DNA of 46,998 nt. It comes from Bacteroidales bacterium (GTDB lineage: Bacteria; Bacteroidota; Bacteroidia; Bacteroidales; JALTDM01). The translations under genes and the position numbers were made by a program. Within the stretch, counting starts at the first letter, position 1; the number at the start of each line of letters is the position of its first letter. Shown here in pieces: positions 38,955-46,998 of the stretch. Under the pieces are notes generated by a model. The model did no database searches, was not told the DNA's origin, and saw only the letters and a program-made list of their open reading frames with translations. The DNA is taken from positions 1,413 to 48,410 of the forward strand of contig JALTDM010000260.1 of NCBI GenBank assembly GCA_027074135.1. The letters run 5' to 3'.

Positions 38955-40694
38955 ATGTCAGATTACATTGTATCTGCAAGAAAATATAGACCCCAGGATT
39001 TCAGTTCGGTTGTCGGGCAAGATAATATTGTGCGAACGTTGAAAAATGCCATTAAAAACAATAAATTGGCTCAAGCATACTTGTTCTCAGGACCTCGTGG
39101 TGTGGGAAAAACTACTTGTGCCAGAATTTTTGCCAAAACAATCAATTGTGAACACATTACTCCCGAAATAGAAGCCTGCAACGAATGCGAATCATGTAAG
39201 GCATTTAATAATAATACTTCGTTGAATATTAGTGAGTTGGATGCAGCCTCAAATAATTCGGTTGATGATATAAGAAATTTGATAGAACAGGTAAGGATAC
39301 CACCACAAATAGGAAGGTATAAAATTTATATAATAGATGAAGTGCACATGCTGTCTCAGCAGGCTTTTAACGCTTTTCTAAAAACCTTGGAAGAACCTCC
39401 GAAACATGCGATTTTTATATTAGCCACTACGGAAAAACACAAAATTCTTCCTACAATTCTTTCCCGTTGCCAAATTTTTGATTTCAACAGAATAAAAATT
39501 GATGACATTGTTAATCATTTGGCATCTATTGCCGAAAAAGAAGGTATAGGTTATGAGCACGATGCATTAAACATAATTGCCCAAAAAGCAGATGGAGGAT
39601 TGCGTGATGCTCTTTCCATATTTGACCAAGTAGCAAGTTATTCCAATGGTAATATTACATACAAGGCTGTAATTGAGAACCTTAATATATTAGATTATGA
39701 TTATTACTTTTCTCTTGTTTCTGCATCTTTGAATGGGGATTATGCTACGGCATTAATGACTTTTAATGATATTTTGGAACACGGATTCAGTGAGGCAAAT
39801 TTTTTCAACGGACTTGCAAGTCATCTCAGGAACTTACTTGTGATAAAAAGTCCTTCTACAGTAAAATTGCTTGAAGTCGGAGAAAAGATTAAAGAAAAAT
39901 ATTTGGTACAATCCAAAGAAACACCTGTATCATATATTTTCAAGGCATTGGATATTATAAATCAAACACTAATCAACCTGAAAACAACTCTGAACAGACG
40001 CTTGCTTGCCGAAATGGCAATTATAAAATTATCAACTGTAATATTTCCGCAAAATAAAGAAAAAATCCAAAGTACTGTTTCCGAGAAAAAAGAAGTTAAA
40101 ACTGAAAAAGAACAAAGTTCAACTTCCAGTACGGTCGTGAAAAATATTGAAGAGAAGAAAACAGATAAAAAGCCCGAAATAATTAATGGAAATGCAGTAA
40201 CTTACCAAAAAAGTACAGGAGTAAACATAGGTAATCTTTTGGCAGGTAATACTGTTGATGAGAAAAAATCAACAGTCGAAAAAATAAGGAAGACGGAAGA
40301 AACATTGGAATTGCACCCGCAAAAACAAGAGAAACCCGAAAAGTATTTTACAGAGTCAATGTTTAGAGAAGTGTTGATTAAATTCTTGAATGCAGAAAAT
40401 TTGATAAGTTTAAAAAATGCCGATATTGAAATCTCATTTTTGCCTGGAACAACAGTCGACCTTATTTTACCTAATTCGGTATTAAAAGATAACCTTTGTG
40501 CTCATTCTGCAAAATTGACTGCATTTTTTCAAAAAGAACTTTCCAATTTTAAAATAAAATTGAATTGCAAAGTAAAAGAAGTAAAACAGGGAATAAAAAA
40601 ACCGGGTGAAACCAAAGAAGAATTGTATCAACGAATGGTTAATGAAAACAATCTTTTGAAAAATCTGAAAAATGATTTAAATTTGCAAATATAA
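38955..40694 (+). CDS. dnaX: DNA polymerase III subunits gamma/tau
   Basis: GPRGVGKTT, DEVHML, SRCQ sensor, Zn module CNECESC. Confidence 0.97.
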   Translation: MSDYIVSARKYRPQDFSSVVGQDNIVRTLKNAIKNNKLAQAYLFSGPRGVGKTTCARIFAKTINCEHITPEIEACNECESCKAFNNNTSLNISELDAASNNSVDDIRNLIEQVRIPPQIGRYKIYIIDEVHMLSQQAFNAFLKTLEEPPKHAIFILATTEKHKILPTILSRCQIFDFNRIKIDDIVNHLASIAEKEGIGYEHDALNIIAQKADGGLRDALSIFDQVASYSNGNITYKAVIENLNILDYDYYFSLVSASLNGDYATALMTFNDILEHGFSEANFFNGLASHLRNLLVIKSPSTVKLLEVGEKIKEKYLVQSKETPVSYIFKALDIINQTLINLKTTLNRRLLAEMAIIKLSTVIFPQNKEKIQSTVSEKKEVKTEKEQSSTSSTVVKNIEEKKTDKKPEIINGNAVTYQKSTGVNIGNLLAGNTVDEKKSTVEKIRKTEETLELHPQKQEKPEKYFTESMFREVLIKFLNAENLISLKNADIEISFLPGTTVDLILPNSVLKDNLCAHSAKLTAFFQKELSNFKIKLNCKVKEVKQGIKKPGETKEELYQRMVNENNLLKNLKNDLNLQI

Positions 40695-40706
40695 AAATGA
40701 ATAATT

Positions 40707-41303
40707 ATGAATAAAAAAGGATGTTTAATAGCAGGAATTAGTATAGTTGTTTTCTTTTTAATATTAGGACTATACTTGATGAGTATCTATAATTCTATGG
40801 TAGAAAAAGAGCAATTTGTAAAGCAAAAATGGTCTCAAGTAGAAAACCAGTATCAACGTCGTGCCGATCTTATCCCAAATTTGGTTAATACCGTAAAAGG
40901 TTATGCCAAGCATGAAAAGGAAACGTTGACAGAAGTAGTTGAAGCCAGAAGTAAAGCGACTTCTGTAAATATAGATCCTGCAAAACTTTCTCCTGATGCA
41001 ATTAAACAGTTTAAATCTGCTCAAGACGGCTTATCTCAAGCATTATCCAAACTTATGGTTGTAGTAGAAAGATATCCGAATCTTAAAGCGAATGAAAACT
41101 TTATGCAACTTCAAGCACAGTTGGAAGGAACAGAAAATCGTATTTCTGTAGAAAGAAAACGTTATAACGAAGCTGTACAGGAATATAATACTTATTTGAT
41201 GAAATTTCCTACAAACATATTTGCAAGGATGTTTGGATTCCACGAATATCCATATTTTGAAGCTGAAAAAGGAGCTGAAAAAGCACCTGAAGTAAAATTT
41301 TAA
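40707..41303 (+). CDS. lemA: LemA family membrane protein
   Basis: N-terminal TM and conserved LemA blocks (QVENQYQRRADLIPNLV, ERYPNLKANENF, RYNEAVQEYN). Confidence 0.9.
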   Translation: MNKKGCLIAGISIVVFFLILGLYLMSIYNSMVEKEQFVKQKWSQVENQYQRRADLIPNLVNTVKGYAKHEKETLTEVVEARSKATSVNIDPAKLSPDAIKQFKSAQDGLSQALSKLMVVVERYPNLKANENFMQLQAQLEGTENRISVERKRYNEAVQEYNTYLMKFPTNIFARMFGFHEYPYFEAEKGAEKAPEVKF

Positions 41304-41307
41304 GCAA

Positions 41308-41751
41308 ATGGTAAAGCAAAAAAAAAGATTGTTTACTCCGGAACAAGAGAAAATAGTTACCGATGCTATAAAGCAGGCAGAGCAAAATACTAGTGGTGAA
41401 ATCCGTGTTCATATAGAAAATTACGACAAAGATGATGTGTTGGACAGGGCAGCTTATTGGTTTGCAAAATTGGAAATGCACAAAACCAAAGAAAGAAATG
41501 GTGTCCTGTTTTATCTTGCCGTAGATGCCAGAAAATTTGCAATACTCGGTGATGCAGGCATAAACAGTAAGGTGCCGGAAGGCTTTTGGAATGAAATAAA
41601 AGATACGGTAGTTGAGTATTTTAAGCAAGGGAAATTTGCCGAAGGACTTGCAAAGGGTATACTTATGGCAGGTGAGCAGTTAAAAAAATATTTTCCACAT
41701 CAAAAAGACGATATAAACGAATTAAGTGATGAAATATCTTACGACGATTAA
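41308..41751 (+). CDS. TPM (TLP18.3/Psb32/MOLO-1) domain protein, soluble
   Basis: GEIRVHIE, GVLFYLAVDARKFAILGD. Follows lemA, as in the widespread lemA-TPM operons. Confidence 0.75.
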   Translation: MVKQKKRLFTPEQEKIVTDAIKQAEQNTSGEIRVHIENYDKDDVLDRAAYWFAKLEMHKTKERNGVLFYLAVDARKFAILGDAGINSKVPEGFWNEIKDTVVEYFKQGKFAEGLAKGILMAGEQLKKYFPHQKDDINELSDEISYDD

Positions 41752-42526
41752 ATTAATAGCGGTTTCGGCAATTTTATTTTTATCCGCCGTAACCATGGAA
41801 GGTCAACATGGGAGTACTATTCCTTCTAAACCCAAGGTAGAAAGATTAGTAAATGATTTTGCAGATATTTTATCACCAGAACAGGAAAAAGCACTTGAAG
41901 ATACTCTTGATAAGTTTGCACGCAAAACATCAACTCAAATAGCTGTTGTAACGATAAAGGACTTGGGTGGTATGGATCCATATCAGTATGCTTTTGAGAT
42001 TCTTGACAAGTGGGGAATAGGTCAAAGGGGTAAAGACAATGGAGTGGTGATGCTTATTAAACCCAAGTTAAGCAAGAATGACCGTGGGCATATTGCTATT
42101 CAAGTCGGATATGGACTTGAAGGTGTTTTGCCGGACGCTACTGTTAAATTGATTATTGATAAAGCAATTATTCCATATTTTAAAAAAGGAGATTTTTATG
42201 GCGGCATAATGAATGGTGTTATTGTAATAAAAAAACTTGCTGCAGGAGAATTTACTGCCGACGACATAAAAAAAACTACTGATGAGGGTAATGATTGGGT
42301 AGGGCTTACTTTTATAATATTTTTATTTATATTGATTTTTGTTTTTGGCAGAGGCAAAAAAGGTGGTGGTGGCGGTGGTGGTTTTCGTCGCTCTTCCTCA
42401 ATTTTTTGGGGTGCTTCTTCAGGAGGATTTTTTAATGATTTTTCAAGTGGTGGAGGAAGTTTCGGTGGCTTTGGTGGTTTTGGTGGAGGCACAGGTGGCG
42501 GTGGCGGAGCCAGTGGTAGTTGGTAA
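41726..42526 (+). CDS. TPM domain protein (YgcG-like) with signal/TM, C-terminal TM and Gly-rich tail
   Basis: RLVNDFADILSPEQ, QIAVVTI, GVVMLI...IAIQVGYGLEG. Then a TM (LTFIIFLFILIFVF) and a GGGGGGG...GGFGGFGGG tail. Confidence 0.8.
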   Translation: MMKYLTTIKLIAVSAILFLSAVTMEGQHGSTIPSKPKVERLVNDFADILSPEQEKALEDTLDKFARKTSTQIAVVTIKDLGGMDPYQYAFEILDKWGIGQRGKDNGVVMLIKPKLSKNDRGHIAIQVGYGLEGVLPDATVKLIIDKAIIPYFKKGDFYGGIMNGVIVIKKLAAGEFTADDIKKTTDEGNDWVGLTFIIFLFILIFVFGRGKKGGGGGGGFRRSSSIFWGASSGGFFNDFSSGGGSFGGFGGFGGGTGGGGGASGSW

Positions 42527-42555
42527 TGATGACAAAGTAATTTGTTTTTCAATAT

Positions 42556-42583
42556 GGCGTCGCTTTTTTGTGACGCTTTTTTA
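42556..42583 (+). terminator. Intrinsic terminator after the lemA-TPM operon
   Basis: GCGTC-10 nt loop-GACGC followed by TTTTTT. Confidence 0.6.
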
Positions 42584-42656
42584 TTGTTTAATTTGTTATT
42601 AGCAAATTCATATCAAAAATATTACCTTTGTAGCATAAAAAACAGAACGAAACAAA

Positions 42657-43985
42657 ATGGAGACGATTTTAATTAAAGTTGCGCAATTCTTTTTGAGTTT
42701 ATCAATTCTTGTGGTTCTTCACGAATTGGGTCATTTTACTTTTGCAAAGATTTTTAAAACCAAAGTTGAAAAATTCTATATCTTTTTTGATCCATGGTTT
42801 TCCCTTTTTAAGTTCAAATGGGGTGAAACTGAATATGGTATTGGTTGGCTTCCGTTGGGGGGATACGTTAAGATATCCGGAATGATAGACGAATCAATGG
42901 ACAAGGAGCAAATGAAAAAGCCGCCGCAACCTTGGGAGTTTAGAAGTAAACCAGCATGGCAAAGATTACTGATTTTGTTGGGTGGGATTTTAGTTAATGT
43001 ATTATTAGCTTTTGTTATTTACATTGGTGTGCTTTGGGCTTGGGGGAAAGAATATTTGCCTACGGATAATGTTAAATACGGAATTATGACAGATAGTACC
43101 GGACTTTCTATCGGTTTACAAAATGGTGATAAAATTTTGTATATTGGTGGTAAAAAGATAGAAGCTTTTAGCAAAATACCCGCAGCTATTTTACTTGACG
43201 AACCTAAATCTATTACAGTAGAAAGAAACGGTAAAAAAGTTGAAATCCCTCTCGGAAAAGATGTCATATCAAAAATTATAAAAGATCCGTATTTTTTGGC
43301 ACCTCGTATTCCTTTTATTGTAGCTACTGTACTTGATACTTCTCCTGCAGCAAAAGCCGGAATAAAACCCGGAGATAGAGTAGTTGCAGTAAATGGAGAT
43401 CCTGCAATGTTTGTCGATGAGGTAAAAAAGTATTTGTCCAAAAACAAAAAATCAAAGGTTGATTTAACTATTGTCAGGGGAAACGATACCTTAACCATGC
43501 CGGTTGCAGTGAATGACAAGGGGATGATTGGGGTGGCATTGGACCTTGATTACAGTAAGTATTTTAAGTTGAAGCATATAAATTATTCATTGCCGCAAGC
43601 TATACCTGCAGGATTTAGTAAAACATTAAAGGTTACAGGTAGTTATATTAAACAATTGAAAATTATTTTTTCACCTGAAACCGGTGCATATAAGAGTGTT
43701 GGTGGATTTATTTCAATAGGTAAAATCTTCCCGGGAGTATGGGATTGGCGAGCATTTTGGAATCTTACAGCCTTTTTGTCAATTATGCTTGCAGTGTTAA
43801 ACCTTATACCTATTCCCGGTCTTGACGGTGGACATGTTTTATTTACCTTGTATGAAATGATAACAGGCCGCAAGCCGAGTGATAAATTTTTGGAAAGGGC
43901 GCAAATTGTAGGTCTTATAATTCTGTTGGCATTGGTATTGTATGCTAACGGGAACGACATTTTTAAACTTTTTAACGGTAAGTAG
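42657..43985 (+). CDS. rseP: RIP zinc metalloprotease RseP (site-2 protease)
   Basis: HELGH, PDZ segments, NLIPIPGLDGG. Confidence 0.95.
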   Translation: METILIKVAQFFLSLSILVVLHELGHFTFAKIFKTKVEKFYIFFDPWFSLFKFKWGETEYGIGWLPLGGYVKISGMIDESMDKEQMKKPPQPWEFRSKPAWQRLLILLGGILVNVLLAFVIYIGVLWAWGKEYLPTDNVKYGIMTDSTGLSIGLQNGDKILYIGGKKIEAFSKIPAAILLDEPKSITVERNGKKVEIPLGKDVISKIIKDPYFLAPRIPFIVATVLDTSPAAKAGIKPGDRVVAVNGDPAMFVDEVKKYLSKNKKSKVDLTIVRGNDTLTMPVAVNDKGMIGVALDLDYSKYFKLKHINYSLPQAIPAGFSKTLKVTGSYIKQLKIIFSPETGAYKSVGGFISIGKIFPGVWDWRAFWNLTAFLSIMLAVLNLIPIPGLDGGHVLFTLYEMITGRKPSDKFLERAQIVGLIILLALVLYANGNDIFKLFNGK

Positions 43986-44054
43986 TTTTACTTGTTGATT
44001 ATAAGTGACTTATTATATGGTGAACAGAGTTAAACATTGATTGAGAAATAAAAA

Positions 44055-44792
44055 ATGAAAAAGTTTATATTAATTATTATTACTATTTTATTTAGCATTT
44101 CTTCTGTATTTTCCCAGGAGGGTAATGTATTGGTTGTGCCGTTCGGAGACAGGATGTTTTATAATGAGGCCACTTCCGCTATGCTAAAAGCAAGCGGATT
44201 TTCGTATTCGGAGATGATAAATTATTTTGAATCTTCGCTTGTTTCAGATATTCAAAAGCAAGGGGGACGCGGCTTTATTTCTTGTACAGGTGCCGTAACT
44301 ACCGGTGAACATTCCGACCTAAAAACTGAAGTGAGAAGTTTGCTGGATTTTTATTTGACACCGATAAACGGTTCGAAAAAAAGGAAAATAAGTTTGTTTG
44401 GCAGACCTACTTCAAAATTGGAAAGTGAAAAAGAAAAGTCTGAAATAGGAAATGGCGAGACCGTGTCATTGATAGGTGACAATAAAACATCATATATTGC
44501 TTCAAAAGTAAACAGTAAAAGGGATTTTGCAAGATTGGCAAAAGATGCCGGTGTTTATAAAGTTTTGGTAATAAATGAGTTCGACATAAAAGAGGATATG
44601 TCTTCGCCATATAATAACGGGAGTGAACATTTGAGGCAAATACAAGTACATTATACGGTTTTTGATGCTAAAGGTAATTCGATATCGGGCGGAGTTGCAG
44701 TGGAAAATTTCAGTTCTTCAGAAAACAATATAAAAGAAATAGTTAAGCTGCATTTTCCTAATCTTGCAAAACAAATCGTAAGAAAAATTTAA
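44055..44792 (+). CDS. Hypothetical secreted protein
   Basis: Signal peptide MKKFILIIITILFSISSVFSQ. I recognised no family motif. Coding-like composition and sensible spacing. Confidence 0.6.
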   Translation: MKKFILIIITILFSISSVFSQEGNVLVVPFGDRMFYNEATSAMLKASGFSYSEMINYFESSLVSDIQKQGGRGFISCTGAVTTGEHSDLKTEVRSLLDFYLTPINGSKKRKISLFGRPTSKLESEKEKSEIGNGETVSLIGDNKTSYIASKVNSKRDFARLAKDAGVYKVLVINEFDIKEDMSSPYNNGSEHLRQIQVHYTVFDAKGNSISGGVAVENFSSSENNIKEIVKLHFPNLAKQIVRKI

Positions 44793-44797
44793 TTAAG

Positions 44798-45391
44798 ATG
44801 ACACTTGTTGGGCTTACCGGTGGTATTGGAAGCGGTAAAAGTTATATTTCAGCTGTTTTTGAGCATTTGAATGTTCCCGTTTATTATGCTGACGACAGGT
44901 CAAAAAAAATTATGACGGATAACCCTAAAGTTGTTGAAAGTGTTAAGGATTTGTTGGGAGAAGAAGCATACTTTGATGATGGCAGGCTTAATAAACAATA
45001 CGTTGCCCGAAAAATCTTCTCCGATTATGAACTTAAAAAGAAATTGGAAGCTATAGTTCATCCTGCCGTAAAAAAAGATTTTAGCGAATGGGTGAAACAA
45101 AATAAAGAAGAAAAACTGATTGTAAAAGAAAGTGCTTTGTTGATAGAAAGCGGCAGTTATAAAGATTTGGATTATATTGTTGTGGTTACCGCACAGCTTG
45201 AATTACGCATAAAGCGTGTAATGGACAGGGATAAAAAAAGTGAAAAAGAAGTTTTGACTCTTGTAAATGCTCAAATGAGTGATGATGAACGCATAAAATT
45301 TTCTGATTTTGTTATAGATAATTCGGGAGAAGTTTTAATTTTGTCTCAAATCGTTGAATTTTTAAAAAAAATAAATATCAATGTCATATAA
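44798..45391 (+). CDS. coaE: Dephospho-CoA kinase
   Basis: [12 protein letters not shown]-loop, about 195 aa, typical CoaE layout. Confidence 0.93.
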   Translation: MTLVGLTGGIGSGKSYISAVFEHLNVPVYYADDRSKKIMTDNPKVVESVKDLLGEEAYFDDGRLNKQYVARKIFSDYELKKKLEAIVHPAVKKDFSEWVKQNKEEKLIVKESALLIESGSYKDLDYIVVVTAQLELRIKRVMDRDKKSEKEVLTLVNAQMSDDERIKFSDFVIDNSGEVLILSQIVEFLKKININVI

Positions 45392-46100
45392 AAAGTGGAT
45401 TGGTGGCGGCCTTGGGTGGCTGTTTTTTGGACCAATTGGAGGATTAATAGGGTTTGCTCTAGGTAGTCTTTTTGATATTGATCCTAATAAAGCGGAATAC
45501 ACGGACACTAATAAAGTAAGACAAGGAGAATTTACGGCATCTTTGTTGGTTTTGATTGCGGCTATAATGAAAGCCGACGGCAGGATTTTGAAGAGTGAAT
45601 TGAATTTTGTGAAAAAATTTTTGGTAGATAATTTTGGAGAAGCCCGTGCCAGGCAGATGTTGCTTGTGCTTAGGGATATGGTAAAAAAGGACATATCTGT
45701 TTCTCAAATTGCAGATGACATAAAAATACACTTGAATTACAGTTCACGGTTGCAGTTGTTACACTTTATGTTTGGATTGGCTGCAGCTGACGGTTATGTT
45801 GACCCGAAAGAGTTGGAAGTTATCAAGCAAATTTCATTTGGGATAGGAATTAGTTCTACTGATTATGATTCAATAAAATCAATGTTTGTTAAAGATGAGT
45901 TGTCTTCATACAAGATTTTGGGAATATCACCTGATGCAACAGATGATGAAATAAAAAAGGCTTACCGTAAAATGGCAATGAAGTATCATCCAGATAAACT
46001 TTCATATTTAGATGAAAAAATGAAAAAGACAGCCGAAGAAAAGTTTAAAAAAGTAAATGAAGCATATCATCAAATAAAAAAGATGCGGGGAATGAAATAG
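45381..46100 (+). CDS. DjlA-like co-chaperone: N-terminal TM, TerB-like domain and C-terminal J domain
   Basis: Gly-rich TM ([21 protein letters not shown]). Central TerB-like repeat ([10 protein letters not shown] / [12 protein letters not shown]). J domain [30 protein letters not shown]. Confidence 0.8.
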   Translation: MSYKKWIGGGLGWLFFGPIGGLIGFALGSLFDIDPNKAEYTDTNKVRQGEFTASLLVLIAAIMKADGRILKSELNFVKKFLVDNFGEARARQMLLVLRDMVKKDISVSQIADDIKIHLNYSSRLQLLHFMFGLAAADGYVDPKELEVIKQISFGIGISSTDYDSIKSMFVKDELSSYKILGISPDATDDEIKKAYRKMAMKYHPDKLSYLDEKMKKTAEEKFKKVNEAYHQIKKMRGMK

Positions 46101-46175
46101 TGATTAATTACAAATGCTTATTAGTTATTTCTTTAGTTTAGTGAGGCGTGGGTTTTATAAATAAAATGTAAATAA

Positions 46176-46850
46176 ATGAAATTTATTGTAATAGAAGGAC
46201 TTGACGGGTCGGGTAAAACGACACAGATAGAGATGGTAAAAGCTTATTTTGAGGCAAAAGGAATACCTACGCGATATATACATTTCCCGGATTACAATTC
46301 ACCTGTGTTCGGCGAATTGATAACTAAATTTTTGAGGGGTGAACTTGGAGATATAAATACTGTTCATCCGTATTTGGTGGCATTGTTGTATGCAGGAGAT
46401 CGGAATAATTCAAAAGACTTGATTAATTCTTGGTTAAATTCCGGGTATGTGGTATTGGCGGACAGATATGTGTATTCCAATATAGCATATCAGGGAATAA
46501 AGATAAAAGATGTAGTTGAAAGAAAAATGTTTATGGATTGGAATCTTAATATGGAATATGAGTATTTTGGCATACCAAAGCCGGATTTGAACTTATATCT
46601 TGATGTACCTTTTAGTTTTGTAAAAGCAAATTTGGGCGAGAGGGCTTTGAATGAACAACGCCAATATTTGAAAGGTAAGAAAGATATTCATGAGGCGGAT
46701 TTTTCTTTTCAAGAGAGTGTTTATGGTATGTACAAAGAGATAGTAAATATTTATAATGACTTTGTTGCAATAAAATGTTATGATGAAAATGGTAATGTAT
46801 TCGTAAAAGAGAAAATAACCGAAAGGATAATTGAAAAGATTGAGGAATAA
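46176..46850 (+). CDS. tmk: Thymidylate (dTMP) kinase
   Basis: IVIEGLDGSGKTTQ P-loop, DRY motif (ADRYVYSNIAYQG). Confidence 0.88.
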   Translation: MKFIVIEGLDGSGKTTQIEMVKAYFEAKGIPTRYIHFPDYNSPVFGELITKFLRGELGDINTVHPYLVALLYAGDRNNSKDLINSWLNSGYVVLADRYVYSNIAYQGIKIKDVVERKMFMDWNLNMEYEYFGIPKPDLNLYLDVPFSFVKANLGERALNEQRQYLKGKKDIHEADFSFQESVYGMYKEIVNIYNDFVAIKCYDENGNVFVKEKITERIIEKIEE

Positions 46851-46856
46851 AAAAGG

Positions 46857-46886
46857 GGCTGTCCAAAAAAAGGGCAGCCTTTTTTT
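46857..46886 (+). terminator. Intrinsic terminator after tmk
   Basis: GGCTGTCC-AAAAAAA-GGGCAGCC (8-bp stem with one G.T pair) followed by TTTTTTT. Confidence 0.75.
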
Positions 46887-46998
46887 ATTTGCTAATTTGT
46901 AGTTATGCGTGTATTAAAAAAGAAAAAGTTTTGAATTAAGCTTTCTTTTATTTTTTTACAACCTAAATTCAAGTAATTAATGCAACTTTCCAGAGGAT

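Noticed and set aside
42196-42552. Proline-rich 118-aa minus-strand ORF (PPPPPVPPPKPP...)
   Set aside because: It is simply the reverse complement of the GGN-rich codons encoding the glycine-rich tail of the YgcG-like TPM protein.

Overview
This is a low-GC chromosomal segment that looks like Bacteroidota, and it is mostly core housekeeping. From left to right: (1) A partial sensor histidine kinase and an OmpR-type response regulator on the minus strand. (2) A complete Bacteroidota-style dcw cluster on the plus strand: mraZ-rsmH-ftsL-ftsI-murE-mraY-murD-ftsW-murG-murC-ftsQ-ftsA-ftsZ, with no murF or ddl. (3) A minus-strand operon of an APC permease, a radical SAM enzyme and a small membrane protein. 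(4) era. (5) A secreted DUF4163/DUF3298 protein. (6) An AT-rich three-gene MboI/DpnII-type (GATC) restriction-modification cassette. (7) lepA. (8) A FadH/OYE-like flavoprotein followed by a His-rich NifX-like protein. (9) Two tandem tRNA-Leu genes. (10) An array of GC-rich hairpin repeats. (11) nqrFEDCBA on the minus strand. (12) A Cys-less Lpd/SthA-like flavoprotein and an orphan ECF sigma factor. (13) An OprO/P-type porin. (14) dnaX, a lemA-TPM-TPM operon, rseP, a secreted hypothetical protein, coaE, a DjlA-like J-protein and tmk. I found no CRISPR array, transposase, integrase, prophage or clearly novel multi-gene system. The items most worth a second look are the REP/BIME-like hairpin repeat array next to the tRNAs, the translationally coupled permease/radical-SAM/GldL-like small-protein operon, the R-M cassette as the only obvious accessory insertion, a 10-bp phased repeat upstream of mraZ, and the Cys-less flavoprotein divergent from nqr. 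All family assignments come from motif recognition by eye and memory of family sequences. No database search was run.
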